Below are positions 46,113-55,319 of a stretch of 64,000 bases of DNA, one piece after another. Numbering within the stretch: the stretch's first letter is position 1; each line of letters begins with the position of its first letter. The stretch comes from Eledone cirrhosa (lineage: Eukaryota). A model generated the notes under the pieces. The model ran no database searches, had not been told where the DNA came from, and worked only from the letters and a program-made list of their open reading frames with translations. Where the stretch lies: the NCBI GenBank assembly GCA_964016885.1, contig OZ024741.1, positions 414,780,001 through 414,844,000 of the forward strand. Reading direction: 5' to 3'. The translations under genes were made by a program, and so were the position numbers.

Positions 46113-46375
46113 GACAAATAAAACAAAGTAATGTTTTACCCAGTATCATCATCATCATCGTTTAACGTCCATTTTCCATGCTAGCATGGGCCTGGATATA
46201 TTTCAACATAATATTTCAGGGTTAAAACTCGTTTCAAATGCAAAAACAAACTTGGATCAGTTAGCAAAGAACACATCACTTGTTTATGTTTTGCATTTGA
46301 AAAGAGGGTTTATACCTGAAATATTATGTTGAAATATACTGGGTAACAAAATCATTACTTTGTGTTTTATTTGTC
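46113..46375. repeat. Imperfect foldback/MITE-like palindrome interrupted by a short retroposon tail
   Basis: GACAAATAAAACAAAGTAATG..TTACCCAGTAT / ATTTCAACATAATATTTCAGG..TTTCAAATGCAAAA is mirrored by TTTTGCATTTGAAA..CCTGAAATATTATGTTGAAATATACTGGGTAA..CATTACTTTG..TTTTATTTGTC. Confidence 0.75.
46145..46196 (-). mobile_element. RTE-type SINE/LINE 3' tail fragment
   Basis: CATCATCATCGTTTAACGTCCATTTTCCATGCTAGCATGGG is the same tail as at 48492-48553 and 63469-63525. Confidence 0.8.
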
Positions 46376-46879
46376 CTACCACATTATACTAGCTTTCAGA
46401 AACACTTAGTCATTTATTACATATAAACAGTATTTTACACAACATATTGGGTGAGTATCATCTACCATAGCCCATCCCCATGGGTGAGTATCATCTATCA
46501 ACCCCACCCCCATGTCTTGTGAGTGAAATTGTGTTGACAGCAACTGTTTTGAAGCCTGTATGATGATCATGTTCTGGTTTTTTATCATATTTATCAGTCA
46601 TTACATATCTCACAATGCTTTATATTAACTCTACTACTTAATAATCTTTTCTGTTTTCATATAGGCCCAAGACACCTGGCAGGAGGAAGAGGGGCAGAAT
46701 TAACCTTTAATCAAAATAAATACTAGGGTATCAAGGGATGAGGCGCACCATTTTAATTCAAATTAAATATATTTGGTGGCAGGAGGCAGTCTTTTAAGTG
46801 TTTATGATCCCTAAAGAACTTAATATGGCCCTGGTTAGCAATCACATGCAGGCTTAATCCGGGATCAATTTTTGTTTCC

Positions 46880-47000
46880 ATAGATACAAGGCAACACATT
46901 TTGGAAGAAAGGTGAAAGTTGATTGGATTGATCCCAATACTTATTTTATCTTCTTCAGTTGAATTTGAACTGAGAACGTAGAGGGCCGTAACAATCTATT
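46880..47000 (-). mobile_element. Degenerate octopus-type SINE fragment
   Basis: ACAAGGC..., TACTTATTTTATC and GAATTTGAACT.AGAACGTA resemble the copies at 53220-53343 and 61570-61765. Confidence 0.5.
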
Positions 47001-47118
47001 TTGCAGATGTCAGGTATGGGGTAGGGCATCATAATGTTCTAAGTTGTTTAGAGCATCAAAAGTACTTTCTCTGGTCTGGAAGGAGAGCTTACACTTATCT
47101 ACACACCTAGACCAATGC

Positions 47119-47394
47119 CACACACACACACACACACACACAACACAACACACCTATAGACACACCCTCACACAAACATCTATAGACACCACCACCACCA
47201 CCAACACCATACCACCCCCACCCCCACACCACCACCACCACCACCATACCGCCACCACCACCACTAACACCACCACCACCACCACCACCACCATACCGCC
47301 ACCACCAACACCACCACCATACCACCACCAACACCACCACCACCACCACTACCACCAACACCACCACCATACCACCACCACCACCACCACCAAC
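47119..47394. repeat. (CA)n followed by degenerate (CAC)n simple repeat, just downstream of the exon 3 donor
   Basis: Read directly from the sequence. Confidence 0.95.
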
Positions 47395-47401
47395 AACTTA
47401 C

Positions 47402-47562
47402 CATGTTGTTTGACAAGCAGCTGAGGAACTATGTCAATAATGTCCAGAACTGCTTCATACAAACCAGAGTAGTTCAAGTTTGGGAAGACGGACAAACGGA
47501 CGCTGTCTCTCTGACGTGGGCCATAGCTATCAGACGGGATATCAGGAACGTCTTTAAGTACA
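47402..47562 (-). CDS. unc79: unc-79 homolog, coding exon 3 (161 nt, phase 2 to 1)
   Basis: Branch CTAAT + ctctctctctctcccccacAG acceptor, donor GTAAGT. Translation (S)VLKDVPDIPSDSYGPRQRDSVRLSVFPNLNYSGLYEAVLDIIDIVPQLLVKQH(D) resembles recalled UNC79 'VLRDAP..GPQSRDAQLSDYPSLDYQGLY..LLDLVPLLQHGQHD'. Confidence 0.92.
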
Positions 47563-47830
47563 CTGTGGGGGGAGAGAGAGAGAGATTAGTGAGAGGGTGA
47601 TTGTAGGGAGGGAGATTCGTGGGGGGGGGGTGACTGTAGGGAGAGGAGGGAGAGAGATTAGTGTGGGGTGGCTGTAGGGGGGTTAGTGTGTGTGGGGGGG
47701 GGGGTGATTGTAGGAGTGGGGGTGACCGTAGGGAGGGGAGAGAGATTAGTGAGGGGTGACTGTAGGGGGTGGGGAAATTAGTGGGAGGTGACTATAGGGG
47801 GGGATTAGTGGGGGGTGACTGTAGGGAGAT
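47563..47830. repeat. G-rich degenerate minisatellite (about 9 units of 20-40 bp) built from the exon 3 acceptor region
   Basis: The plus strand repeats TGACTGTAGGG..GAGAGATTAGTG..GGG; on the minus strand this reads CACTAAT-(CT/C)n-CTACAG. Confidence 0.85.
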
Positions 47831-48004
47831 GGCGTAGGACAGAACAAAGGAATGGCACAAAAACAAAGAAAAGAATCCCCAATCACTGAAGAGGTCACAG
47901 AATGTGTGACGAAAGAACTTTAACAATATATGAACAACCGTCCGGTTGTGGAACAAACCAACCAACCGGAAATTTATAAATTCTTAAATTTATAATAAGA
48001 TATA

Positions 48005-48325
48005 TTTACATATATATAGGTATGTGTATATATACACATACCTATATATGTGTATATATACACATATATAGGTACGTATGTATATATATATATATACACA
48101 TACCTATATATGTGTATATATACACATATATAGGTACGTATGTATATATATATATATATACACATACCTATATATGTGTATATATACACATATATAGGTA
48201 TGTGTATATATACACACATACCTATATATGTGTATATAAGTGTACATACAGGTATGTATATGTTAACACACAATGTATCCATTCATATATGTACACACAT
48301 AAGGTTATATATATATATATATACA
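48005..48325. repeat. TA/CA-rich self-complementary minisatellite (about 58-bp unit)
   Basis: The perfect palindrome ATATATAGGTATGTGTATATATACACATACCTATATAT is repeated with variants. Confidence 0.8.
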
Positions 48326-48339
48326 TATTCCACGCTGTA

Positions 48340-48553
48340 AATGTGGCCGTGTAGGCAACACGGTAAAAACCTCCCAGCCCCACACTGTAAATGTGGTTGG
48401 TGTTAGGAAGGGCATCCAGCTGTAGAAAACCCGCCAGACAGTCCTATGCGAGCAAGACAACCACTCTTGCCTCAAGTGGGAAAACCCCCGTCCAAACCCA
48501 TGCAAGCGTGGAACACGGACGCTAAACCTGATGATGATGATGATGATGATGAT
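48340..48553 (+). mobile_element. RTE-associated SINE or RTE 3' UTR fragment with (GAT)n tail, inserted in (TA)n
   Basis: It has the core GTGGTTGGTGTTAGGAAGGGCATCCAGCTGTAGAAAAC and the tail CCCATGCAAGCGTGGAACACGGACGCTAAACCTGATGATGAT. A homologous inverted copy lies at 63469-63650. Confidence 0.85.
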
Positions 48554-48611
48554 ATATATACATATACATATATATATACATATATATATATACATATACA
48601 TATATATATAC

Positions 48612-48644
<33 letters not shown>

Positions 48645-48645
48645 C

Positions 48646-48676
<31 letters not shown>

Positions 48677-48760
48677 CATATATATATGTACACTTATATA
48701 GGTATGTGTATATATATCATTTTATTTCATCTAAGCTTATCTCAAATCATATCATCTCAT

Positions 48761-48799
<39 letters not shown>

Positions 48800-48804
<5 letters not shown>

Positions 48805-49022
48805 ACCAAAGATTAATATGGTTCATTGATTACTCAATGAATATAGTTTAACAACAGATTAAAAGCACTCTACAAAGAAGTTTTCTGGAGTTATTAATAT
48901 TATTCAAAATATTAATAAATGAAGACGTTCACATAATCAAAATATGTTTTATTATTAAAAACAGCACAGTACCTCCGAAATATATATAATAAAACATATA
49001 TTTTGATTATGTGAACGTCTTC

Positions 49023-49028
<6 letters not shown>
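48800..49028 (-). mobile_element. Penelope-like pseudo-LTR remnant with an inverted terminal piece (copy 1)
   Basis: It shares AAGCACTC.ACAA..GAGTTATTAATAT with 55320-55530 and 62800-63028. Inverted arms are 48915-48955 and 48986-49028. It contains the 3' half of a hammerhead, CAGTACCTCCGAAATATATA. Confidence 0.6.
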
Positions 49029-49055
<27 letters not shown>

Positions 49056-49057
<2 letters not shown>

Positions 49058-49205
49058 AAAAGAGTCAGGACCCCGGCGGTTGAGCTTTCGACAGCTAGAT
49101 TCGAACCGTCGGGGTCCTGATTCTTTTCCTATTACCCACTCTACTACCCTAAGTATTGAGTACTCTGGTGCATTATGGTCCACCTGGTATCTTACCACAC
49201 CTGTG
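49056..49205 (+). repeat. Hairpin-headed dispersed repeat, copy A (class uncertain)
   Basis: The stem GAAAAGAGTCAGGACCCCGGCGGTT / AACCGTCGGGGTCCTGATTCTTTTC is followed by ACTCTACTACCCTAAGTATTGAGTACTCTGGT. It is flanked by (TA)n. Confidence 0.8.
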
Positions 49206-49241
<36 letters not shown>

Positions 49242-49245
<4 letters not shown>

Positions 49246-50612
49246 AACTAGATGAGATGCAGTTTGGTTTGGTGCTTGGGAAGAGTACAACAGATGCCCT
49301 CTTCTTGGTAAGACAATTACAAGAGAGGTTCTTAGAGAAAAATAAGCCACTATACTTAGCCTTTGTTGACCTAGAGAAGGCCTTTGATAGGGTACTCCGA
49401 TCTGTCATCTGGTGGTCCCTAAGGAAACTAGGTGTTAAGGAATGGCTTGTGAGGACAGTGCAAACTTTGTACAGAGGTACTGTCAGTAAAGTCAGGGTAG
49501 GAATGGAGTTTAGTGAGGAATTCCAGATACAAGTAGGAGTACATCAAGGTTCGGTCCTCAGCCCGCTCTTGTTCATTATAGTCCTCCAAGCCATAACAGA
49601 AGAGTTTAACACTGGCTGTCCATGGGAACTTCTCTATGCTGACGATCTGGTTCTTATAGCAGAATCAGTAGAGGAGCTAGAGAATAAATTCTGGCTATGG
49701 AAACGGCAGTTGGAAGCAAGAGGACTGAGAGTGAACCTAGCTAAGACAAAAGTGTTGATGAGTAGAAAAGAGGACAAAACTCTGATTCCGTCAGGGAAAT
49801 GGCCATGTTCGATATGCAGAAAAGGAACTAGCATAAATTCTATAAAATGCACACAATGCAGATCCTGGGTACACAAGAGATGTAGCGGGATAGCAGGCAA
49901 ACTAACAGGTAGGGAGAAATATGTATGCAGTAGATGTACAGGGAAATTAGACAGTAGAAGTCGCATTGATAGACACATTTTTCAAATGCAGGCGGGTGCT
50001 ATAGAAGTGGTGGATAGCTTCCGGTACCTAGGAGATCAGATTAGCATGGGAGGGGGGTGTTCCGAGGCCATAGTATCTAGAATAAGGACGGGTCGGAAGA
50101 AGTTTAGGGAGCTGCTTCCTCTGCTGACGAAGAAGGGTTTCTCCCTGCGTACGAAAGACCGGTTATATGATGCCTGTGTGAGGAGCGCGATGCTGCATGG
50201 TAGTGAGACATGGGCAGCAACTGCAGAGGATATGCGACGGCTGGAGAGAAATGAGGCAAGCATGCTCCGTTGGATGTGCAATGTCAATCTGCGTGAACGA
50301 CCCAGCATGAATGTGTTGAGAGAGAAATTGTGTCTGAGAGGGATAGAATGTAGTGTATGGGAGAGGAGACTGAGATGGTATGGTCATGTGATGTGCATGG
50401 AGGATGACCGATGGGTGAAGAAGTGCCAGGAAATGCCAGTTGAAGGAAGACGTGGTAGAGGTAGACCAAGAAAAAGATGGGCGGAGGTGGTGAGAACAGA
50501 CCTCAGATCGCTGAAGCTCACGGTAGAGATGACGAAGGACCGTGACAAGTGGAGAGATGCTGTGCTGAATAAGACCCGTCCCACCCTTGCAAGCAGGGAA
50601 GAGCGGACGTAA
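49242..50612 (+). CDS. Uninterrupted RT + PHD finger + C-terminal reading frame of the truncated RTE copy (about 456 codons, no native start)
   Basis: This is part of ORF 49011-50612 with no stops or frameshifts. A C4HC3 motif lies at 49806-49937. Confidence 0.8.
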
Positions 50613-50624
50613 AATGATGATGAT
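49242..50624 (+). mobile_element. 5'-truncated RTE-clade non-LTR retrotransposon inserted in (TA)n, antisense in unc-79 intron 2
   Basis: RT motifs are QFG..GKSTTDA, AFVDLEKAFDRV, GVHQGSVLSPLLF, LLYADDLVL (YADD 49635-49646) and FRYLG. The RTE-type C-terminus is RRLRWYGHV..GRRGRGRPRKRW and the tail is GGACGTAAAATGATGATGAT. No endonuclease domain is present. Confidence 0.95.
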
Positions 50625-50657
50625 ATATATATATATATATATATATCAACAGCTTAC

Positions 50658-50778
50658 CTAAGTAAAGTCTGTGAAAAGTACTTCAAAGTGTTAACTATAT
50701 CCACTCCGCTTTGTTCAGGCAGCATGTCATTCCGTATACGATTTTGGTAATCTTGTAAAGTCTGAATTTTTGATGTGA
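50658..50778 (-). CDS. unc79: unc-79 homolog, coding exon 2 (121 nt, phase 1 to 2)
   Basis: Acceptor ttcttttattcaatttcAG, donor GTAAGC. Translation (F)TSKIQTLQDYQNRIRNDMLPEQSGVDIVNTLKYFSQTLL(S) resembles the recalled UNC79 N-terminus 'FASKIRYLQEYHNRVLHNIYPVPSGTDIANTLKYFSQTLLS'. Confidence 0.95.
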
Positions 50779-51112
50779 CTGAAATTGAATAAAAGAAATA
50801 AATATATATATATATAGCTTCACAAGGGAACGGGAGAAGGATTCAAGAATACCCGCTTTGTCCATTCCTTTGTCGATTCAATTTGGATTGCCTCAGGAAT
50901 AACTTTATTATATAAGAAGCTGTCTGATGATGTCACGGCACTGGGTAGGTACACCGAAGGGTGTGGCCACTGTCATCATTGAAATATGTATCACAGCATT
51001 ATCATTAAAGGACTTCAACATCTGAAAGTACTTCGCATTTTCTTATTCTATATATACTCTGTTTTTTCCTATGTGGAAAAAGTATGTTGAGTGCTTGAAT
51101 TGAATTACATCA

Positions 51113-51152
<40 letters not shown>

Positions 51153-51176
51153 GAGTGAGTGTGTGTGTGCGCGTGT

Positions 51177-51345
51177 GAAAAGATTCAGGACCCCAATGGC
51201 TAAGCTCTGGCCGTTTCAACTGTCGGTTCGGATCTAGCTGTCAAAACGGCCGGAGCTCAGCTGTCGGGGTCCTGAATCTTTTCATATTACCGACTCTACT
51301 ACCTCAAGTATCGAGTACTCTGGTAGGCTATGGTCTAGATGGATT
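51177..51345 (+). repeat. Hairpin-headed dispersed repeat, copy B
   Basis: The stem GAAAAGATTCAGGACCCC..GGGGTCCTGAATCTTTTC is followed by ACTCTACTACCTCAAGTATCGAGTACTCTGGT. It follows a (TG)n tract. Confidence 0.8.
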
Positions 51346-51539
51346 CTATATATAGATAGATAAAGAGAGAGAGAGAGAGATGATTCTTGTCCAAACTCTA
51401 GAAGTATTTGCTCTTCATTCAGAAGCTCTTTTATTCACAAATTTCACTTGAATTGATATGTGCAGCCGGAAGTGGTATCGCGACTGGCAGGTGTAAAATC
51501 AGTCGGCTAGAACATGCAGGCAACAAGGTAATAATTCGT

Positions 51540-52095
51540 GAGACAGTGATATCTGACCTGGAATTGATAGGTTTGCTGCTGAGTGTTGCATGGTTGAAAT
51601 AAAAATCAGTTGCTGTGACGACTGAGACTGTTGTCCTCTCAAGGAAGCCAGTGCACTCTACATGTGAATGGAGCAGGTAGAAAAGTTCAAGTATCTCAGG
51701 GCCGTGTTCACGAGTGATGGAAAGCAGGAGGCTGAATTAAGTGCAAGAATTGCAGGAGCTGGTGCAGTAATGTGCCAGCATTCGGTGATCAAAAGAAGGG
51801 AGGTTGGTGTAAAAGCTAAACTACAGTACGTAGCTCGGAGATAAGAGACAGTCACTCCAGATAGAGCCGCTACTTCTCTGAATTGAGAGATCACAGCTCC
51901 AATACTATGGACATGTGGTGAGAATGTCTCAGGGAAGAATCGCTGGAGGACAGATTTTACGAGCAAAACCAAGAGGTAGGAGACCCAGGGGTAGATCCCG
52001 AACAATATGGTTGGATAACACCCATGAGCTTGGCTGAACTCGCTTGGGGGTCCAGCCAGATCAGTTGGAGGCAGTTACTTCTGACAGGACCCTCT
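51540..52095 (+). pseudogene. Degenerate RTE (Rex3/Expander-like) RT C-terminal fragment
   Basis: Fragments translate to MEQVEKFKYLRAVFTSDGKQEAELSARIAGAGAVM and RRGRPRGRSRTIWLD..LGVQPDQLEAV, with stops and frameshifts. Confidence 0.8.
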
Positions 52096-52124
52096 CACAA
52101 ATAAGTGGGCCAACAAGAATTACG

Positions 52125-52472
52125 TTAACAATAATTGTTTCTACTTTTGGCACAAGGCCAGCAATTATCTTAGTACATTACTGGTACCGTGTCAGTGCCG
52201 TGACATCATCAGACAGCTTCTTATATAATAAGGTTATGTTCCTGAGGCAATCCAAATTGAATCGACAAAAGAATGGACAAAGCGGGTATTCTTGAATCCT
52301 TCTCCCGTTCCCTTGTGAAGCTATATATATATATATTTATTTCTTTTATCGACCCTGTAATGATGAAAGACAAAGTTAACCTCGGCGTGAATTGAACTCA
52401 GACCATAAAGGGGCGTAACTCTATGCTACAAAGCATGGCGTCTGACCCTCTACCGATACTGCCAATCCACAA
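52125..52472 (-). mobile_element. Octopus-type SINE interrupted by the inverted duplication at 52193-52349
   Basis: TTGGCACAAGGCCAGCAATT..TACTGGTAC [insert] TTTTATCGACCC..AAAGTTAACCTCGGC..TTGAACTCAG. Uninterrupted copies are at 53220 and 61570. Confidence 0.85.
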
Positions 52473-52742
52473 TTACGTTAACAATAATATAAAAATGTTA
52501 TAAGTTACTAAACATTTCCTGTCGTATTTTTACAACTCCCTGCAGTATTTTATTAACGTCTCTCGCACAAATTACTTGTCATTTCATTCATTACACCACT
52601 CATATATTAGATTTTCATATTTTTATCCATAACATCTGTCTGGCGACCCATCCAGACGTGTATTAATATTGTCTGGGATTCAGAAACCTTTGGTAATGGA
52701 GTAGTTATATTTTGTGTTGTTCACTTTCTAATTTAAAAAAAA

Positions 52743-52775
<33 letters not shown>

Positions 52776-52779
52776 ATCT

Positions 52780-52890
52780 ACAAGGTGAAATGAAGTGTTT
52801 TGCTTAAGAACACAACACACAAACCAACCCAGGAATCGAAACTATGATTGTAAGTCCAACACCCTTTACCACAAGGCCAGGTACCTCCAC
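52780..52890 (-). mobile_element. tRNA-derived SINE head
   Basis: The minus strand has A-box-like TGGCCTTGTGG, B-box-like GTTTCGATTCC and TGTGTTCTTAAGCAAAACACTT, as in 61073-61335. Confidence 0.7.
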
Positions 52891-52959
52891 TTATATAGGC
52901 TGAAAAGCTAAAATTCTAACGATAACTCCTAAAAATGTTTATATGTTGCGGTAAGAAGG

Positions 52960-53170
52960 GTGGGAAGAGTCACTTCCTGTTAGAAATAGCAACCAAATTC
53001 CCTTCAATTCACACCCTACATGTTTAAATAAAATAGGACACCTAGTCATAGATACCCTGTCTGAAAACTGAATAAAAACTAAAAGAAAAGAAAACAGGAT
53101 GGTCAAAGCTGGAATGTCTTGGACCATAACTAGCTTGGAGCTAAACAATAACTTTGTTTTGATTCCATCA
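52960..53170 (+). repeat. Dispersed repeat family with motifs CCTG.TAGAAATAGCA and GATGGTCA.A.CTGGAA
   Basis: Related copies are at 54220-54510, 58525-58562 and, inverted, 60960-61010. Confidence 0.6.
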
Positions 53171-53219
53171 TGTAGGCGCTGGTATTGAAGAAATACAAGC
53201 AAAACAAATGACTTCCGTA

Positions 53220-53343
53220 ATAATTGTTTCTAATTTTGGCACAAGGCCAGCAATTACACCAGTGTATTACTGGTACTTTATTTTATCGACCCCGTAAGAA
53301 TGAAAGGTAAAGTTAACCTCGGCGGGATTTGAACTCAGACTGT
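53220..53343 (-). mobile_element. Octopus-type SINE, 3' part
   Basis: TTGGCACAAGGCCAGCAATT..TACTGGTACTTTATTTTATCGACCCC..GAAAGGTAAAGTTAACCTCGGCGGGATTTGAACTCAG. Confidence 0.8.
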
Positions 53344-53429
53344 AATAATATAAATACACACACATTATATTACTTCCGTAATAATATAAATACACGCACA
53401 TATATATATATATAGAGAGAGAGAGGAAT

Positions 53430-53530
53430 TAACAGTCGAAACGGCAAGAGCTCAGCCGCTGAGTCCAGTCTCTTTCTAATATAGCCACACTCTGCTATCC
53501 CAAGTATCGAGTACTCTGTTGGTCTTACTA
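53430..53530 (+). repeat. Hairpin-headed dispersed repeat, copy C (3' half only)
   Basis: GTCGAAACGGCAAGAGCTCAGCCG..ACTCTGCTATCCCAAGTATCGAGTACTCTG. Confidence 0.7.
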
Positions 53531-53976
53531 GTTTAATCCTCATTATAAATACACACACACGTTCCTGGTTTGTCTCCGTTGTAGTAACTGGCCTTAATAA
53601 TTACGTATATATATATATATATATACATAGCAAGGGTAGAATAATATATAACTCAAATGTATGTAGATAATTATATATGATAGTACATAATTGCTAAACG
53701 GTTTCATAATTAGCTCAATGTATTTATATGTAATTGGTCGGAAGAATAAGGAGATGTTTTTTTTTAGAGAAAAACGAACTATATATATATATATATATAT
53801 ATATTATGGAATACTGTTTATTAATATATATATATGGAATACTGTTGGCTTTTCGCTACAATGTTTTCTATACCTTTCATTTATATATATATAGGTGTGT
53901 GTGTGAATGTGTGATTATTAAAGCCAGTTCCCACAAGAGAGCCATACCAAGAACGTACGTTTCGTTGGCCTAAAGA

Positions 53977-54010
<34 letters not shown>

Positions 54011-54634
54011 TATACACACACAATGAAACTAGCTGTCGTGTCCCGACTATATATATGTGTGTGTGAGTGTGTGTTAAATATGTTATTATTACACAGTCAT
54101 GAAGAGTGTGACGGTCAGTGAGAGGGATTAATATGAAGTGTAGTTAATAATTGATGTGTTTGTGTCTATATCTTTATTTTTTTAGCCATTGTAGAATGAG
54201 AGAGGGAATACGAACCAACGTGGTCGCCTCACCTGCTAGAAATAGCAGGTCAAATCGCTCTTAAATTACACTTTATTGACTTTTTTTTAAATAAAGGACA
54301 CGACACGGCATGATATAAGATATTGAAAGGTAATGTAGTCCGGCATATTAATTTACTACACTATGTCTGAATAATTGATGTGATGGTCACATCTGAAACG
54401 TCTTTGGCGATAGACAGATAGCTAGACAGACAAACAGATAGATAAATAAATAAACAGACAGATAGATAGATATCTTAGATGTTTGGTCAAGTCTGACAAG
54501 AGGGTAGGCAACGTTAGAATGAAAGAAAGAATGACAGTGAAAAAGAGAAAGATAGAGTTAACAAATAAACAATGACAATACTAATACAAATAAAGATAAT
54601 AATTATAATAATAATTAATATCAATAATACATAC

Positions 54635-54656
54635 AAGTGGCAGCTCTCGTAGCCAT
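54635..54656 (-). CDS. unc79: unc-79 homolog, coding exon 1 (start codon, 22 coding nt)
   Basis: cttcaaaATG GCT ACG AGA GCT GCC ACT T|GTATGT gives MATRAAT(F). It has a good Kozak context (A at -3, G at +4), phase 1 matches exon 2, and it resembles the recalled invertebrate Unc79 start 'MGTRAAAF'. Confidence 0.88.
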
Positions 54657-55164
54657 TTTGAAGTTTGGCAAGAGTACCAACAGAATTTCACGATGTAAAG
54701 CTATGTGTTGTCTCAAGAAATCGGCATCATTTGTTTCCTATCAGCATCAGGAAGTATTTCGCCATGTCTACGAAACAAACGATGGGAAGAATATTTTGGT
54801 ATCCAGCTTTGAAATACATAATCCATCTTGTAAAGATTCCACCCTCAACAAATCCGTTTCTCTTCTTCTATCTTTTATTTTTTCTCTCTCGCGCCTGCTC
54901 TGTTATTATTTAATTCCTTCGATGTCTTGTTTGGTTATTTCGGCTTTTAACTTCTAATATGAAGAACTGATTAAATTCTTTCTACAGGAACGACACCAAA
55001 ATGAAAGATACTAGAAAGCAACCCAGATTCTACTGGCAGTACCATTTCTTCCGTGTCTGGTCAATTACTGAACTGTGTGGGGGGGGGGGGGGGTTAATGA
55101 GGAGCTGCTGTTTGTGTGTATATAAATATATACGTCTTCGAATTTTGTCGGTGCTTGGCGATAT

Positions 55165-55228
<64 letters not shown>

Positions 55229-55319
55229 TTGTGTGTATATACATATATATATACGTGTGTGTGTGTGCATATATATATATGTGTGTGTTTAGTATGTATG
55301 TGTATATATATATACATAT

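Larger units (their letters stand above)
50789..52349. repeat. Inverted duplication with arms 50789-50943 and 52193-52349 (about 155 bp, about 97% identical)
   Basis: AGCTTCACAAGGGAACGGGAGAAGGATTCAAG...GATGTCACGGCACTG is matched by its reverse complement with 2 mismatches and a 2-bp indel. Confidence 0.95.

Noticed and set aside
47044-48829. His/Thr/Pro-rich and YI-repeat ORFs
   Set aside because: They are products of (CAC)n, (CA)n and (TA)n microsatellites. The same applies to similar ORFs at 53-57 kb and 62-63.4 kb.
49011-49241. N-terminal 77 aa of the 533-aa ORF as part of the RT protein
   Set aside because: This is read-through of (TA)n and an unrelated hairpin repeat from a GTG start. 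The RTE sequence begins at about 49242.
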